Shown one piece after another: positions 13,175 to 26,651 of a DNA stretch of 64,000 nucleotides. The translations under genes and the position numbers were made by a program. The DNA is taken from the NCBI RefSeq assembly GCF_963921235.1, contig NC_086109.1:10976001-11040000 (forward strand), in the 5' to 3' direction. The notes under the pieces were generated by a model that was given only the letters and a program-made list of their open reading frames with translations, had not been told where the DNA came from and did no database searches. How positions within the stretch are numbered: position 1 is the stretch's first letter; each line of letters begins with the position of its first letter. The DNA comes from Mobula hypostoma (Eukaryota).

Positions 13175-13520
13175 ATGACCATAAGTCATTGGAGCAGAAT
13201 TAGGCCATTCAGCCCTTCAAACCTGCTCCACCATTCCCCCATTCCTTCACGGCTGATTTATTATCCCCTCCTAACCCCACTCTCCTGCCTTCTCCCCATA
13301 ACCTTTGATGCCCTTACTAATTAAGAACATATCAGCCTCCCCTTTAAATATACCCAGTGACTTGGCCTCCACAACCATCTGTGGCAATGAATTCCACAGA
13401 TTCACCACTCTCTGGCTAAAGAAATTCCTCTTCAACTCTGTTCTAATGAGACTTTCTTCTATTCTGAGGCTGTGCCCTCTGGTCCTAGACTCCCCCATTA
13501 TAGGAAACATCCTCTCCATG
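13175..13520 (-). mobile_element. CR1 3' fragment
   Basis: ORF 13271-13525 (NFFSQRVVNLWNSLPQ...KGYGEKAGEWG). Confidence 0.88.
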
Positions 13521-13839
13521 CCCACTACACCGCACAGTCCCTGGTTAAAGCGCTTTAATGATTGAAAGAATGTCTGGAACTCTTTGTGAGATATTCTGTT
13601 TATTCTATTAGTAGAAGCAAAAGCATTTCTTTAAATGGATTCTGGAAGAACACATGGTGTTGCCGTTAAATATTATTTTACATATGCAAGCTATCTGATT
13701 TAATTTTCATATGTAAGCAAGACACTTTTCAAAAGGCAAGGAAGACCCACAATTTTAATTTCAGTTTTAATTTTAAACTTTTTGCATTTTTGCTTTCATG
13801 AATCTCGTGGTGAATAAACAGAGGCCACATTTGTGTTGG

Positions 13840-13927
13840 CATGTGTGTGAGTGTGTGTGTGTCTGTCTGTGTGTCAGGGTGAGTCTGTGTGTGTTGGGGT
13901 GTGTGTGTGTGTGTGTGTGTGTGTCGG

Positions 13928-13960
<33 letters not shown>

Positions 13961-14053
13961 TGTGTGTGTCTGTGTGTGCATGAGTGTGTGTGTGTGTGTC
14001 TGCGTGAGAGTGTGCATGTGTGTGTCTGTGTGTCTGTGTGTGTGTGTGTCTGT

Positions 14054-14101
<48 letters not shown>

Positions 14102-14118
14102 ATATATATATATATGTA
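13840..14118. repeat. Compound (TG)n/(TCTG) microsatellite with (TA)n
   Basis: Directly visible. Confidence 0.95.
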
Positions 14119-15027
14119 TAACATTCCAAGCTTGTGGACACTCATAGCCAATAATATAACATGGGGACATTACTTGCAAAATTCCAGGACAACTACATAA
14201 CTCACTTATTCTAGAAGCATTACGCTATTTCATCCATCAACCTTTAGCTAACAAATAGACACGGGCACTGAGATTTTAATCACTGGGGCCTAGTGACGGA
14301 TATTTTCAAAAAGAGAGTTTAGTCAATAAAAGATTGATAGAGCTTGCAATTTCAATCGGGGGTTGGTGAGAGTGTGGAACGAGCTGCCAGCGTAAATAGT
14401 GGCTGTGGATTCAATTTGAACATTTAAGAGATTTTTGGATAAGTAAATGGATGGGAGTGATATGCTTCAGGTGCAGGCTAATGGGACTAGGCAAAATAAT
14501 AGTCCAGCATGGACTAGATGGGCCAAAGGGCCTGTTTCTATGCTGTAGTGGTCTATGACTAAGAGTCTATAAACTTACTGAAAGTAGGTTTGATATGAAA
14601 TAATGACTGGGTTCTACAACAACATTTATGGGTCTTTTAAAATTTGCTGTCTACATCTGCCTCTGTTTAGGCGAGGAGCTGGTGGAGAGCTTTCTTCTTG
14701 GAACTATTGCTTTTCTGCATGGTGCTCTGGAGGACTCCCAGACCTTAACTAGCGGAAGACCTAGTCAGTATGGTGTCTGGCTGGTAAGGTAAATTGTAAA
14801 TGGTGACATACCAGCAGTTCACAGAACCCTCAGGGACCTCTCCCATCCATCCCACAATCTCTTTGACCTCCTACCATCAGGCAGAAGGTACCACAGTAGC
14901 TGAACAAGGACTATTAGTCTGGGTAACAGCTTCTTCTCCCAGGCTGTGAGACTTCTGAACCCCTGCCGCCACCCAGTACACGTTATTTATGACAAAGTCA
15001 GCAGAGCAGCATCATACTGTTGTATAT

Positions 15028-15514
15028 TTAACTATAGGCCCCGAGTCCTCGGCTTTGCCTGTTGCTCAGCAGCCGGGGCGGGGTCAAAGCGCTCGGCAGA
15101 GGATGGTGCTCAGTGCTCGGTGTCGGAGGGCTGGTCGGAGAGTCGAAGTTTTCGGACGGACTCAGAGTCGGCTGCGGTTGGGTGCTTCCAATGGTGCTGC
15201 ATCTGCAAGTTTGCGGCGCTTGGAGGTTCATGGCGGGGAGAGTTTCTCCCTTCTACCGTCTGCATGAGATGATGAGGCTATCGGGACTTGAGACTTTTTT
15301 TTACTGTGCCCATGGTCTGCTCTTTATCAAATTACGGTATTGCTTTGCACTGTTGTAACTATATGTTATAATTACGTGGTTTTGTCAGTTTTAGTCTTGG
15401 TTTGTCCTGTGTTTCTGTGATATCACTCTGGAGGAACATTGTATCATTTTTTAATGCATGCATTTCTAAATAACAATAAACGAGGACTGAGTGTCCTCAT
15501 AATCTAATCTAATA
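15028..15514 (+). mobile_element. Unclassified non-LTR retroposon 3' part with (ATCTA)n tail, inserted in a Rex1 3' end
   Basis: 10-bp TSD tgttgtatat (15018-15027 and 15515-15524); aataaa followed by aatctaatctaat tail. Confidence 0.65.
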
Positions 15515-15624
15515 TGTTGTATATACACTTTATGTCAACTTGTACATCTATAGAATATGTGTTATTTGTTAATATTGTTGTGTAAATGCTATTTTATGGC
15601 TGTATGTGATATATATATATGTGT

Positions 15625-15667
<43 letters not shown>

Positions 15668-16858
15668 CGCGCGTGTATATATATATATAATGTTTTGCAC
15701 CTTGGTCCCAGAGAAACATTGTTTCATTTAGATGTATACATGTGTATGGTTCAATGACAATAAATGTGACCTTGAACTCGAAAGGGTCATGATCACAAAG
15801 TACTGTGTCAGCAAACTTGCCAAGTTACTGCAAACAACAGGAATTCTGCAGATGCTGGAAATTCAAGCAACATACATCAAAGTTGCTGGTGAACGCAGCC
15901 CATTCTACAGACAAAGCACATGGCCTAGACATTAAGCCCAATTGCTGGGACTTCAGTCTTCAATAATGATCACAACTCTCATAAAACGAGGAAATAAACT
16001 CAGGTGGTGTTGGGTACATTATGAAACAGAAAAGTCAAACTTTGCATGTTGGAGAATGAGAGGTGATGTTACTGAGGTGTACAAAATTGTGACGGACACA
16101 GACAGGATCAATGGGCACAGTCTTTTTCTCAGAATTAGGCATCAGGAACCATAGTGATAATTACCTCAGAGGCATCTTCTTACACCCAGAGGATTGTCAG
16201 TATATGGAACAAACCACGAGAGAGAAAGGTTGAGGGAGATATATATATATATATATATATATACACGGCACAGGTGCAGACACACCCAGCCCTGAGACCC
16301 CAGGCAAGGTCATCTGATTCCAAACAATTGGTTTATTGATAATTACAGAATGTCTCTCAGTTACTTCCCACTCCCTCCCCTTTCCATTCCCCTTTTCCCT
16401 CTCTCTGCCCCCTTCCCACTCTCAGTCCACAATAGAGACGCAGATCAGAATCAGGTTTAACATCACTCATGTCATGAAGTTTGATTTTTTTTGTGGCAGT
16501 AGTACAGTGCAATACATAAAATTACTACTGCACTGTGCCAAAGTACACCCTAGCTATACAGACATCCCACCCTACAAAAACTCATTTCAGGGAGGTAGCA
16601 CCCCCACCCCCTGCAGCCCCATATCCTCCCCCCCGCCCCGTCGACTTCCAAGGGCGCATGTAATACTTCATTTAGTGATTTTGTCTAATCTGTAAACCAA
16701 GTTGGGTATATGCATAAAATGTGACATTAAAATATGTACTTGTATTATATTATCATGTTTATTCTATTACAACTTTAAGCAAGACTACAGGGAGTTTGGC
16801 TTCATCACGTAGGACATCAATAGCGTAGCTCCTTGGCAGCTAGCCAGCTAGTTTAAAT

Positions 16859-18057
16859 TAGGGGTCTCCAACCTGTTTTGCACTGCGGACCGGTTTAATA
16901 TTGACAATATTCTTGCGGACTGGCCGACCCCAGAGATGGGGTGGGGTGGAGGTGGTGTTAAACGCCACCAGAATATAGGTGATACGTCAACTATAATTCA
17001 CTTGTAAGTAGCTAATACACTCAATTTCGTTTCTAAAGGGGTTTATCTAACAAATATAATATTAAACACACAGCGCATATTTTCCTCGTATGAATGTAGT
17101 GATAAGTCAGTTCTAACAGTGGTCCCAAACCTCCGGGCCGCGAAGAATGCAGCGGTACAGCGGTAGCCAGAACGCACCCAGCACATCTTTAAGAAAAAAA
17201 CCGAAATAAACAAGCTAATCGATTAGGTGCCTCCCGGTACATAAATGCCGGCCCAGATCAGAGACGACGAAATCGGCAATCACCTCTGATCTGGGCCGAC
17301 ATCTACGTGCTGGGCAGCGCCTATTTAATTAGCTCACTTATTTTGGCTTTTTTCTTAAAGATGTGCTGGGTGCGTTCCGGCCACCGCTGTATTCTTCACG
17401 GCTCGGAGGTTGGGGACCACTGAATTATAAGTCACTTATAAGTCAATAGCATCATAACATTTTAAGTAACGTTTGGATATTAAACACACAGCACATATTT
17501 TCCTCCTATGAACGTATAAAATCATTGCAACACACCAATATCGCTGAATCAGTGGGAGCCCTGGGCTTGTTTTCCTGCAACAACACGGTCCTATCGAGGG
17601 GTGATGGGAGACAGCGATACTCGAAGGGGGTTCCAGTCTATTCCACAATGTAGTTTTCATTGCATTCATTGTAGAAAACTCCGCTTCGCAGTGATATTAT
17701 GTTGGAAATGGAAGCAACGTCTTCAGTGCTTTCATGGCTATCTCAGGATATTCAGCCTTGACTTTGATCCAGAATGCCAGCAGAGATGTTATGTCAAACA
17801 TACTTTTCAGCCCACCGTCATTTGCAAGCTCGAGGAGTTGATCTTTTTCCTGCACTGACATGGATGATTCACCGGGGACATTCACAAATGGGTCACGGAC
17901 CCATTCCTTTGCACATCTTGGGTCACTGATGACCTCGCGTGCATTAAAAATTCAACAGTGGGCGTGACAGGGAATGAGGAAAGATGCAGCTGACTCATAT
18001 CGTTTCATTTCGCCAAATCATATCGTTTCCTTGTGGCCCGGTGGTTGAGGGTCACTC
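16859..18057 (-). mobile_element. Internally deleted hAT-Charlie element
   Basis: TIR-like ends; ORF 17697-17885 (FWIKVKAEYPEIAMKALKTLLPFPT) matches the hAT C-terminal dimerisation region. Confidence 0.85.
17117..17422. mobile_element. Fold-back (palindromic) hAT MITE
   Basis: CAGTGGTCCC...GGGGACCACTG termini; the two halves are near reverse complements; imperfect 8-bp TSD agttctaa/aattataa. Confidence 0.85.
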
Positions 18058-18202
18058 TTAGCAAGAAGAGAGACCAATCAGGATGCCACTCTCCCTCTCC
18101 CGCTCAAAAAAATCTATTTCCGTGATATTGTATATAATTTCCAGGCATCAGGGAGCCACTATCGAGATGCGGGAGACTCCCGGAACTTCCGGGAGAGGTG
18201 GG

Positions 18203-18238
<36 letters not shown>

Positions 18239-19362
18239 CCACCCCCAAGGCTTTTGCACAGAACTGTACATTGACAACATGTACTTGTACAGGCAGATAG
18301 ATAGGAAGGTTTAGAGGGATATGGTCAAACACAGGTAAATGGGACTAGCCTAGATGGGAGTCTTGGTTGACTTGGACTAATTGGGCCAAGAGGCCTGTTT
18401 CAATGCTGTATGACTCCATCACAAGCTCAGTTAGATCCACTTAAGATATGACGACCTTGTTCCTAAATTTTTTTTTAAGATGATATTTGATCAGCAATGT
18501 TAGGACTATTAGCTCAAGTTTGTGACGCACAATGAGGGATTTTCAACCCATTAATTATAGGCTTATAGGAAACAGCATAATGTATGCTCCTGATAGGAGA
18601 AACTCTCAGCTGGAACTTCAGCTCAAAATACAACAATGATTGTGTTGTTCACTTTGGGGCTGTAGATTTAATTTCATCCTAAGAATTTTAAGTGGATCAA
18701 CACAGTAGCTTAGTTTATAATGTACTTATAACGTGCTGTAGCTATTATTTAGAATATAATTACAGAACAACATTTGTCACAGGGTAAATATCAGGGAAAG
18801 TGGCCATAAACTCAAAGAGTTGGGCTTTAAGGGATACGTTAAGGAAGGAGAGGGAGGTAGCGGTGCTTGTGGAGAACATTCCAGAGCGTAGGATCTTGGC
18901 AGCTGAAAGCACAGCTGTCAACAGAACTGGGGTCCTAGGCCAGAGATATGGGAGTGCAGATATCTTGGAGATACAGCAGGTTACAGAGAAAGAGAAGGAC
19001 ATGGCCATGGAAGAGTTTTAAAAGAATGATAATTTTAATGTACTTCAGAGAAGGTTACAGTAACTCCAGTTTCCCCCCAGAGGCCGAGGACGTGCTGGTT
19101 AGTAGGTTAATTGGTCATTGTAGACTGCCCTGTGGTTAGGTTGGAGTGAAACAGGGTGAGTTGCTGGGCAGTGCAGCTCATTGGGCTGCAAGGGCCTGTT
19201 TCCCCACTGTGTAAATAAATAAATAATTCTAAGATGGTTGGAGAAAAATATAGGGGATTGCCTGAGGTAAGTTTTCTCCACAGAGAGTGGTGGGTGCGTG
19301 GTAAAGGCAGGTACATTAGAGGGATGAAAGATGGAGGGCTATGTAGGAGAGGAGAGTTACAC

Positions 19363-19447
19363 CAGGGGCTCCCCCAGTCCGGGGTCCATAGACCCCTCAG
19401 TTAGTGGTAGGGGTCCATGGCATTAAGAAAAAGTTTGGGAACCCTGG
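19363..19447. mobile_element. About 85-bp hAT-type MITE inside a CR1 tail
   Basis: caggggctccc...gggaaccctg; second copy, inverted, at about 39337-39416. Confidence 0.65.
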
Positions 19448-20359
19448 GTTAGATTGATGTTAGAGTAGGTTAGAAGGTCAGCACAGCATTGCGGGCTGAA
19501 GGGCCTGTACCATGCTGTAGTGTTCTACGTTCTGTGTATGTTCAGCAGAACCCAAGGGGAATCTGTGAGCTTTGTGAGATGGTGCTGGAGGGAGGGGACA
19601 ATGCAGGCAGCAGAGTTTATGAGGATAGACTAAAGAATGGCCAAGTATGAATGACTGTAACTATTAGGAGGGTGACAACACAAGACATTACAGCACAGCA
19701 GAGGCTCTTCAGACCACAATGTGCCAACTTTTAACATACTCCAAATTCAATTTAAAACTTCCCTCCCACATAGCTCCCCGTCCCACACATTTTTCTTCCG
19801 TCTATGCGCTTATCTGAGAGTCTCTTAAACCTCCCTAATGTGATTTCCTTCTATCACCACTGTTAGCGGTGTGTGTCATGCTCTCACCATTCTCTCTGCT
19901 AAAAAAAACATATCTCTAATATTCCCCCTATACTTTCCTCCAGTCACCTTAAAATATGCCCTCTCGGATTAGCCATTTCCACCTGGGAAAAGGGCACTGG
20001 CTGTCCATTCTATCAATGCTTCTTATCATCTGATACAGTATATCTCTATCAAGTTACCTCTCACCCTCTTTGGCTCCAAAGAGAACTTAAGAATATCTTA
20101 GTACTTAGGAACATGAAACACTACAGCACAGAATCAGGCCCACTGACCTATGAAGTCTGTGCCAAACATAATGCCAAACCAAACTAATACATTCTGCCTG
20201 CACACGATCCATATTTCTCCATCTTCTGCATATGCACATAGCTATCTAGAAACCTCTTAAAAACTACTATTGTATCTGAAATTTATGTTTTTAAAAAATC
20301 TGCCTGTCTCACACAAATGATCTTCCTAGAAGGTTCAGTCCTAACACTTTCAGAATCAC

Positions 20360-20930
20360 AAATCACAATTAGGTTTAACATCGCTGATATGTCGTGAAAA
20401 CTCAAGTTCAAGTCTATTGTCACCTGACTGTGCATACATACAACCAAATGAAATAATGTTGCTTCAGGCCATGGCGTGCCCAAATCATATGACACACTGA
20501 GCACATAAAACTAAATATTATTGCAAGTTATTAAAATATAGTTCAAAGTGTATGTAGTGCACAACACAGGTAATCAGTAAACAGCTCACTGTTCTAGTGA
20601 CCAGAGCTCAGTGGTGGCAGGGTATTTATTAGTCTCACAGCCTGAGGGAAGAAGCCGTTACCCAGTCTGGGAGTCCTAATTCTGATGCTTCTGTACCTCC
20701 TTCCTGATGGTAGTGGGTCAAAGAGATTATGGGATGGGTGGTAGGGACTCTGCCTATACAATGTTCCTGGTAAATGTCACAAATAAATGGGGGGAGAGAG
20801 ACCCCAGTGATCCTCCTGGCAGCTTTGACTGTCCTCCAGGGTCTTGCAGTCCGATGCCTCATAGTTTTCGCACCACATAGTGATGCAGCCAGACAGCACA
20901 CTCGCAATGGTGCTCCTGTAAAAAACTGGT
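20360..20930 (-). mobile_element. Rex1/Babar 3' fragments
   Basis: ORF 20635-20955 (RTVKAARRITGVSLP); reverse-strand LPSGRRYRSIRIRTPRLGNGFFPQAVRL. Confidence 0.75.
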
Positions 20931-21712
20931 GTTTTGCAACTGAACTACAGTGCAATACATTAAAAAATCTATAATTTACAATAAGAAATATATGTTTTAA
21001 AAACTAAATTAAATAAACAGTGCTCAAGTATTTCTTTACTTATTTAAAATAGCCTTGATGCTAAAGCTCTCAAGTATCAGTATCTGTCAGGGGAAAAGGC
21101 AGCCTGTTCAAGGATATGGATTAAATTAATTCCATCTAGTGTTTCATCTTTGTTAAAAACAAATGCATAAAATATAGATTTTTTTCACACCCCTTCCTTC
21201 TATTCAATGGCATCTCTGTGTAGCAGAAGTCATTCTACAGGGAATTTCATAAATTTATTAATCATCCTCTATTTCATGGGACTCATTGAGGAGTTTGAGA
21301 TGTGGTAAGTCACCAAAGGCTTTTGCAGATGTATCCTGGAGTGCATTCTGACTGGTTGCATCACCATCTGGCATTGGAGTGCCAAAGCACAGGATCAGGA
21401 AAAGCTGCAGAAGGGTCATAGCCTCAGCCAGCCCAATCACAGGCACAAACATCTCCACCATCGAGGAATTTTCAAAAGGCGATGACACAATAAGGCACCG
21501 TCCATCACTCAAGACTCTCACCATCCAGGACATGCCCTCTTCTCATTACCACAGTCGTGGAAGAGATACGGGAGCCTGAAGACCCATACTCAACAATTTA
21601 GGCACAGTTTCTCCTCCACCACTATCAGATTTCTAAATGGTCCATCTACACAACCTCAATATCTTGATCTCTTTCTGCACTACTTATTCTCTATGTTCCT
21701 TATTGTAACTTA

Positions 21713-22091
21713 CTGGGTGGCAGCGTGGAGATGCGTCCCTACCAAAGGAAGTGTGAGGTGCTCCTCCCCTCCGATAGCCTGCAGGTCACCCTCGGGCAAG
21801 GTGTAGCACCTGCTTAGCCCCCGATCAGGGTCATGTGAGCCATGGGAGCAGGTGGTGGATGGTTGTATGAGCAGCTAGTGCACATCACAAGTCCTGGTTA
21901 TGTGACCACTGACACCAGGCAGACAATCTCTGAGGAGTATTGATAATGGCTGGGGTCACCCGTCTTGTAAAGACACTGCCCAGAAGAAGGCAATGGCAAA
22001 CCACTTCTGTAGAAAAATTTGCCAAGAAAAACCATTGTCATGGCACCATGATCGCCTACGACATGCGGCACGGCACATAATGATGATGGGG
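21713..22091 (+). mobile_element. RTE-derived non-autonomous retroposon inserted in a Rex1 3' end
   Basis: gaaggcaatggcaaaccacttc RTE/BovB-type motif, (ATG)n tail, 11-bp TSD attgtaactta (21702-21712 and 22092-22102). Confidence 0.7.
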
Positions 22092-22379
22092 ATTGTAACT
22101 TATTGAATTATTTTATGTCTTGCTCTGTATTCTGCCACAAAACAGCAAGTTTCACAATGTACGACAGTGATAAAGGAAGGACAATTAGAGGAACATTACA
22201 TTCTCAACTGCTGGCTTTCTCCAATATGCTTTTTTTCCCTGCTGCTGGGTACAACCTTAAAAGGAAAGATCACAGGTTCATAGATCCATACACACAGGAT
22301 CCATGCTACACAGAAACAAACCCTTCTGCCCACAATGTCCATGCCAACCATTAAATACCCAACTATACTACACCATACT

Positions 22380-22660
22380 ATGTTCTGTGCCTAACGAAGT
22401 AGCTATTGAGTGCATGTCCATGGTCTTCTGCTGCTGCAGCCTTTCAACTTTAAAGTTCGACACGCTGTGCATTTGAACTGTCAGCTTGAAACAGTCGGGC
22501 CATTCTCTCACTTGGCTCACATTTTCTTCCCCCCATTCTGATGTCTGGTCTGAACAACAACTGAACCTCTTGACCATGTCTGCATGCTTTTATGCATTGA
22601 GTTGCTGCCACATGATTGGCTGTTTAGATATTCACATTAACAAACAGGTGTACAGGTCTG
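22380..22660 (-). mobile_element. Tc1-like remnant
   Basis: Reverse complement resembles parts of the Tc1 copy at 37160-37550. Confidence 0.55.
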
Positions 22661-23167
22661 TGAGCAAAGAAGCTCAGTTAAGTATAACTCACTGAAGTTG
22701 ATACATAATAGTTACACCTGATCAGCTCTTGTGGGTTAAATGGGTGTATTATTATTGTTAAATCCAGTTGTATGTGAATTGTTTCCATCAACACCTAATG
22801 AATTTTATAAACAATTACCAAGCAATTATTTTGTTGTATCTATCATTCTATGGTGGAGCGCATTCTGACTGATTACATCATCTGTTGGCACAAAAGCTCC
22901 AATGCACAGGATGGAAAGAAGCTGCAAGGTCTTGTAGAGCCAGCCAGCTCCCTCAAGGGCACAACCTTCCCCACCATCGAGAACATCTTCCATGGGCAAT
23001 GAAGCCTCAAGGGAGGCAACACCTTTTATTAAGGACCCTCGCCCTCCAGGATGTGCCCTCTTCTCATCAGGGAGGAGGTACATGAGCCTGAAAACTCAAG
23101 CACACCATATTTTAGGAACAGGGACTTTCTCTCCGACATCAGAATTCTGAATAGTCCATGAACCCAT

Positions 23168-23690
23168 CAGAATCAGAATCAGGTTTATTATCACCGTTCA
23201 TGTGACGTGAAATTTGTGAACTTAGCAGCAGCAGGTCAATGCGATACATAATCTAGCAGAGAGAAAAAATAATATTAATAATAAATAAACAAGTAAATCA
23301 ATTACATATGTAAAAATATGTAAAAACAGAAATACTGTGTATTAAAAAAGTGAGGTAGTGTCCAAACCTTCAATGTCCATTTAGGAATCAGATGGCAGAG
23401 GGGAAGAAGCTGTTCCTGAATCGCTGAGTGTGTGCCTTCAGGCTTCTGCACCTCCTACCTGACGGTTACAGTGAGAAAAGGGCATCCCTGGGTGCTGGAC
23501 ATCCTTAATAATGGACGCTGCCTTTCTGAGGCACCGCTCCCTGAAGATGTCCTGGATACTTCGTAGGCTAGTGCCCAAGATGGAGCTGATTAGATTTACA
23601 ACATTCTGCAGCTTCTTTCAGTCCTGTGCAGTAGCGCCTCCGCACCAGACAGTGAGGCAGCCTGTCTGAATGCCCTCCATGGTACAACTA
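23168..23690 (-). mobile_element. Rex1/Babar 3' fragment
   Basis: (ATTCTG)n tail, AT-rich UTR and ORF end; flanked by repeated gaacccat. Confidence 0.8.
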
Positions 23691-24620
23691 TAGAACCCAT
23701 GAACACTACCTCACTATTCCTCTGTACCAATATCTATTCATCTACTTATCTATCTAACCATATATCCATCTAACCATCTATCTATTTATCTAACCATCTG
23801 TCCATCTACCCACCTTTCTATCTATCTATTTATGTATGCACGTATGTCTGTATTTATTTATTTATTATTAGCCTGTTTACTTATCTGACCATTTATTTAT
23901 GTATCTATTCATTAATTCTATCATTGCAACTTCCAGTAATTTTCATATCTTGCACTGTACTTATGTGGCACGGCCACAAAAGACAATATGACATACCATA
24001 TGTCAGAGATGATAAACTGGGCTCTGAGCTTTGCCCGGGTTTGCTTTGGGGATAGCTTTGCCTGGGTTTTTTTGCAGTAATTTATACCTCTTCCCAACAG
24101 AGGGCGCTGTGAGATTGGACTGGAGCTGGACATGGTTTACCTCTCTTCCTCCTGAAGAGGTCGCTGGGATGCCCATTCCAATATGCCTCACATCAACAAT
24201 GGGAACAGTGTTGATTCCTCAGTCTCCAGGGGTAAATGGCAAAATGGACGAAGGCAGTAATTAGTAGGAAATGGGGCTAAAGGGATCGAATAGACTACAG
24301 CGTGAATAGTCAAAGTAAAATTTATTATCAAATACGTGTATGCTATCATTGAGATTCATTTTCTTGCAGGCATTTACCGGAAAATAAAAAAATACAACAG
24401 AATTTTATGTATAGAGTTTTTTAAGGAAGTTATTATAGAAGTTGAAGATGACAAGCCATGAACTTTAGCAAGGCCTTTAACAAATTTTCACGGAGGTTAG
24501 TCAAAATTGTTCAGTCACTTGGCGTTCAAGATGACGTATTAAATTGGATTAGAGATTGGCTTCATGGGAGAAGCCAGCGAGTGGATTGCCGCTCTGACTG
24601 GAGCCTGGTTGCTCGTGGTG

Positions 24621-26038
24621 TGCATTATGAATTGTCATTCCAAAACGTAAAACTAATTGAAAGAAAAACACGGACGCACGAGACATGTGTCTTAGTTTTG
24701 TTTTTACATTTAGTGAGGCGCACACGCATGACACAGTGCTGTAATAGTGTATGCCATTCACATACTTTTACATATAACCCATAATGAATTATTTAAACAA
24801 AGTATGCTCAATCAAACAATACTGTACATTTATAATATCACTCAATATCACTGAAATATTAAATACACAACATTCCGCCCTGCTTAGCTATAAACCAACT
24901 CAATATAGAATGTATCTCTACTTATACACACACACTATATACACAGTGTGGGCATGTGGCCAAGTGGTTAAGGCATTGGACTAGCTACCTGAAGGTTGTG
25001 AGTTCGAGCCCCAGCCGAGGGAACGTGTGTTGTGTCCTTGAGCAAGGCACTTAATCACACATTGCTCTGCGACAACACTGGTGCTAAGCTGCATGGATCC
25101 TAATGCCATTGGTGTCGTGGAGAGGGGAGACTTGCAGCATGGGCAACTGCTGGTCCTCCATACAACCTTGCCCAGGCCTGCGCCCTGGAGAGTGAAGACT
25201 TTCCAGGCACAGATCCATGGTCTCGCAAGACTAACGGATGCCTTTAATATACACAGTATACTATATAATACAACTACTATATACTGACATCCACAGCATT
25301 GTCAATTTTAAATTGTCTCATTCAGGCCTAAAGATTTAATCAGTGTGGAGCATTTCACACTCTTAATATCTTTCTGACAAGGCGGGGGGCACTCTGGGGC
25401 CTCCTCCGCAGTGGTTGTAGGAGTTGACCCTGGGTCTGCAGGAAGTGGTTCTGGACACTTTCCTTCTGGATATGCTAGCATCTTGAACAGTGTATGGCAA
25501 GCTGCTTGATCTATTGATCAATCTCAGGCCACCAGACAAAGCTTCAAGCCAATGCTTTCATTTTGACCATGCCTAGATGGAGCTCCTCTGACACTTTAGC
25601 TCTCAACTTGGATGTGACAACAATTCTCAATAGCCACGGAAGGCAACCCCTGTCAAGGGCAAATTCATCCGGGTGCTGGTAAAAATGGGGAATTGGAGTT
25701 TCTGCTGCATGTTCCAGCCATTTTATGTGGCCGTGTAGGCTCGGGACAGTGTGGGATCTTTCCTGGTTTCCCTTTGGATCATCCCTGCTGTAACAGGGAG
25801 ACCTTTCATTTGCATTAGGGAGAAACCATAAAACTAATGGAAAGAAAAACGGGGAGAGACTGGGACCAAAGTGCACTCTTTGTTTTTACTTTCAACGAGG
25901 CTTGCACGTACGACATGATGGCGTAGCAATGTATACCATTCATTTATTCTTACATACAACCCACAATGCATTATGTAAACAAGAAAGAATGCTTAATCAA
26001 TATATTTACAATATTACTGAAATATTAATTACACAACA
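24621..26038 (-). mobile_element. Internally deleted Gypsy LTR retrotransposon
   Basis: Two related LTR-like copies (about 24621-24872 and 25789-26038, both ending ...tacacaaca); internal pol remnant DEFALDRGCL.W.LRIVV.SKLRAKV.EELH.G.VKMKALA (pre-integrase HHCC region). Confidence 0.8.
24946..25247 (+). mobile_element. tRNA-headed SINE with CORE-like domain, nested in the Gypsy remnant
   Basis: A-box tggccaagtgg, B-box gttcgagcc, core tgtgtccttgagcaaggcactt. Confidence 0.75.
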
Positions 26039-26651
26039 GAGTGACACAGGGATTGGTGCTGGGTCTTTTGTTACTTGTCATCTATATCGACAATCTGGAT
26101 GATAATGTGGTAAACTGGATCAGCAAGTTTGCGAATGACTCCAAGACTGGGGGTGTAGTGGACAGTGAGGAAGACTATCAAAGCTTGCAGCAGGATCTGG
26201 AACAGCTGGAAAGTAGCAGATGGAGTTTAATGCAGACAAGTGTGAGGTGTTAGACTTTGGGAGGACCAACTAGTGTAACACTTGCACAGTGAACAGTGGG
26301 GCACTGAGGAGCTTGGTAGAACTGAAGAATCTGGGAATACAGGTCTATAGTTCCTTGACGATGGCACCAGGAGTAGATAAGGTCATTGAGAAAGCTTTTG
26401 GCACATGGACCTTCATAAATCAAAGTATCGAGTACAGGAGTTCTTACGTTGTGTTGAAATTGTGTAAGATATTTGTGAGGCCTAATTTGAAATATTATGT
26501 GCAGTTTTAGAAATGTAGAAACATAGAAAACCTACAGCACAATACAGGCCCTTTGGCCCACAAAGCTGTGCTGAACACGTCCTTACCTGAGAAATTACCT
26601 AGGCTTACCCATAGCCCTCAATTTTGCTAAGCTCCACGTACCTATACTACA

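Larger units (their letters stand above)
16559..18204. mobile_element. CAGACATCCCACC-TIR non-autonomous DNA element, interrupted by nested hATs
   Basis: Both ends match the intact copy at 32430-33066. Confidence 0.7.
24420..26510 (+). mobile_element. CR1 RT fragment split by an LTR element
   Basis: MNFSKAFNK...RSQRV..SDWS.VARGV before 24620; continues QGLVLGLLLLVIYIDNLD...SKFANDSK after 26040. Confidence 0.8.

Noticed and set aside
13729..14200. HT-rich and CV-rich ORFs
   Set aside because: Translations of a TG microsatellite.
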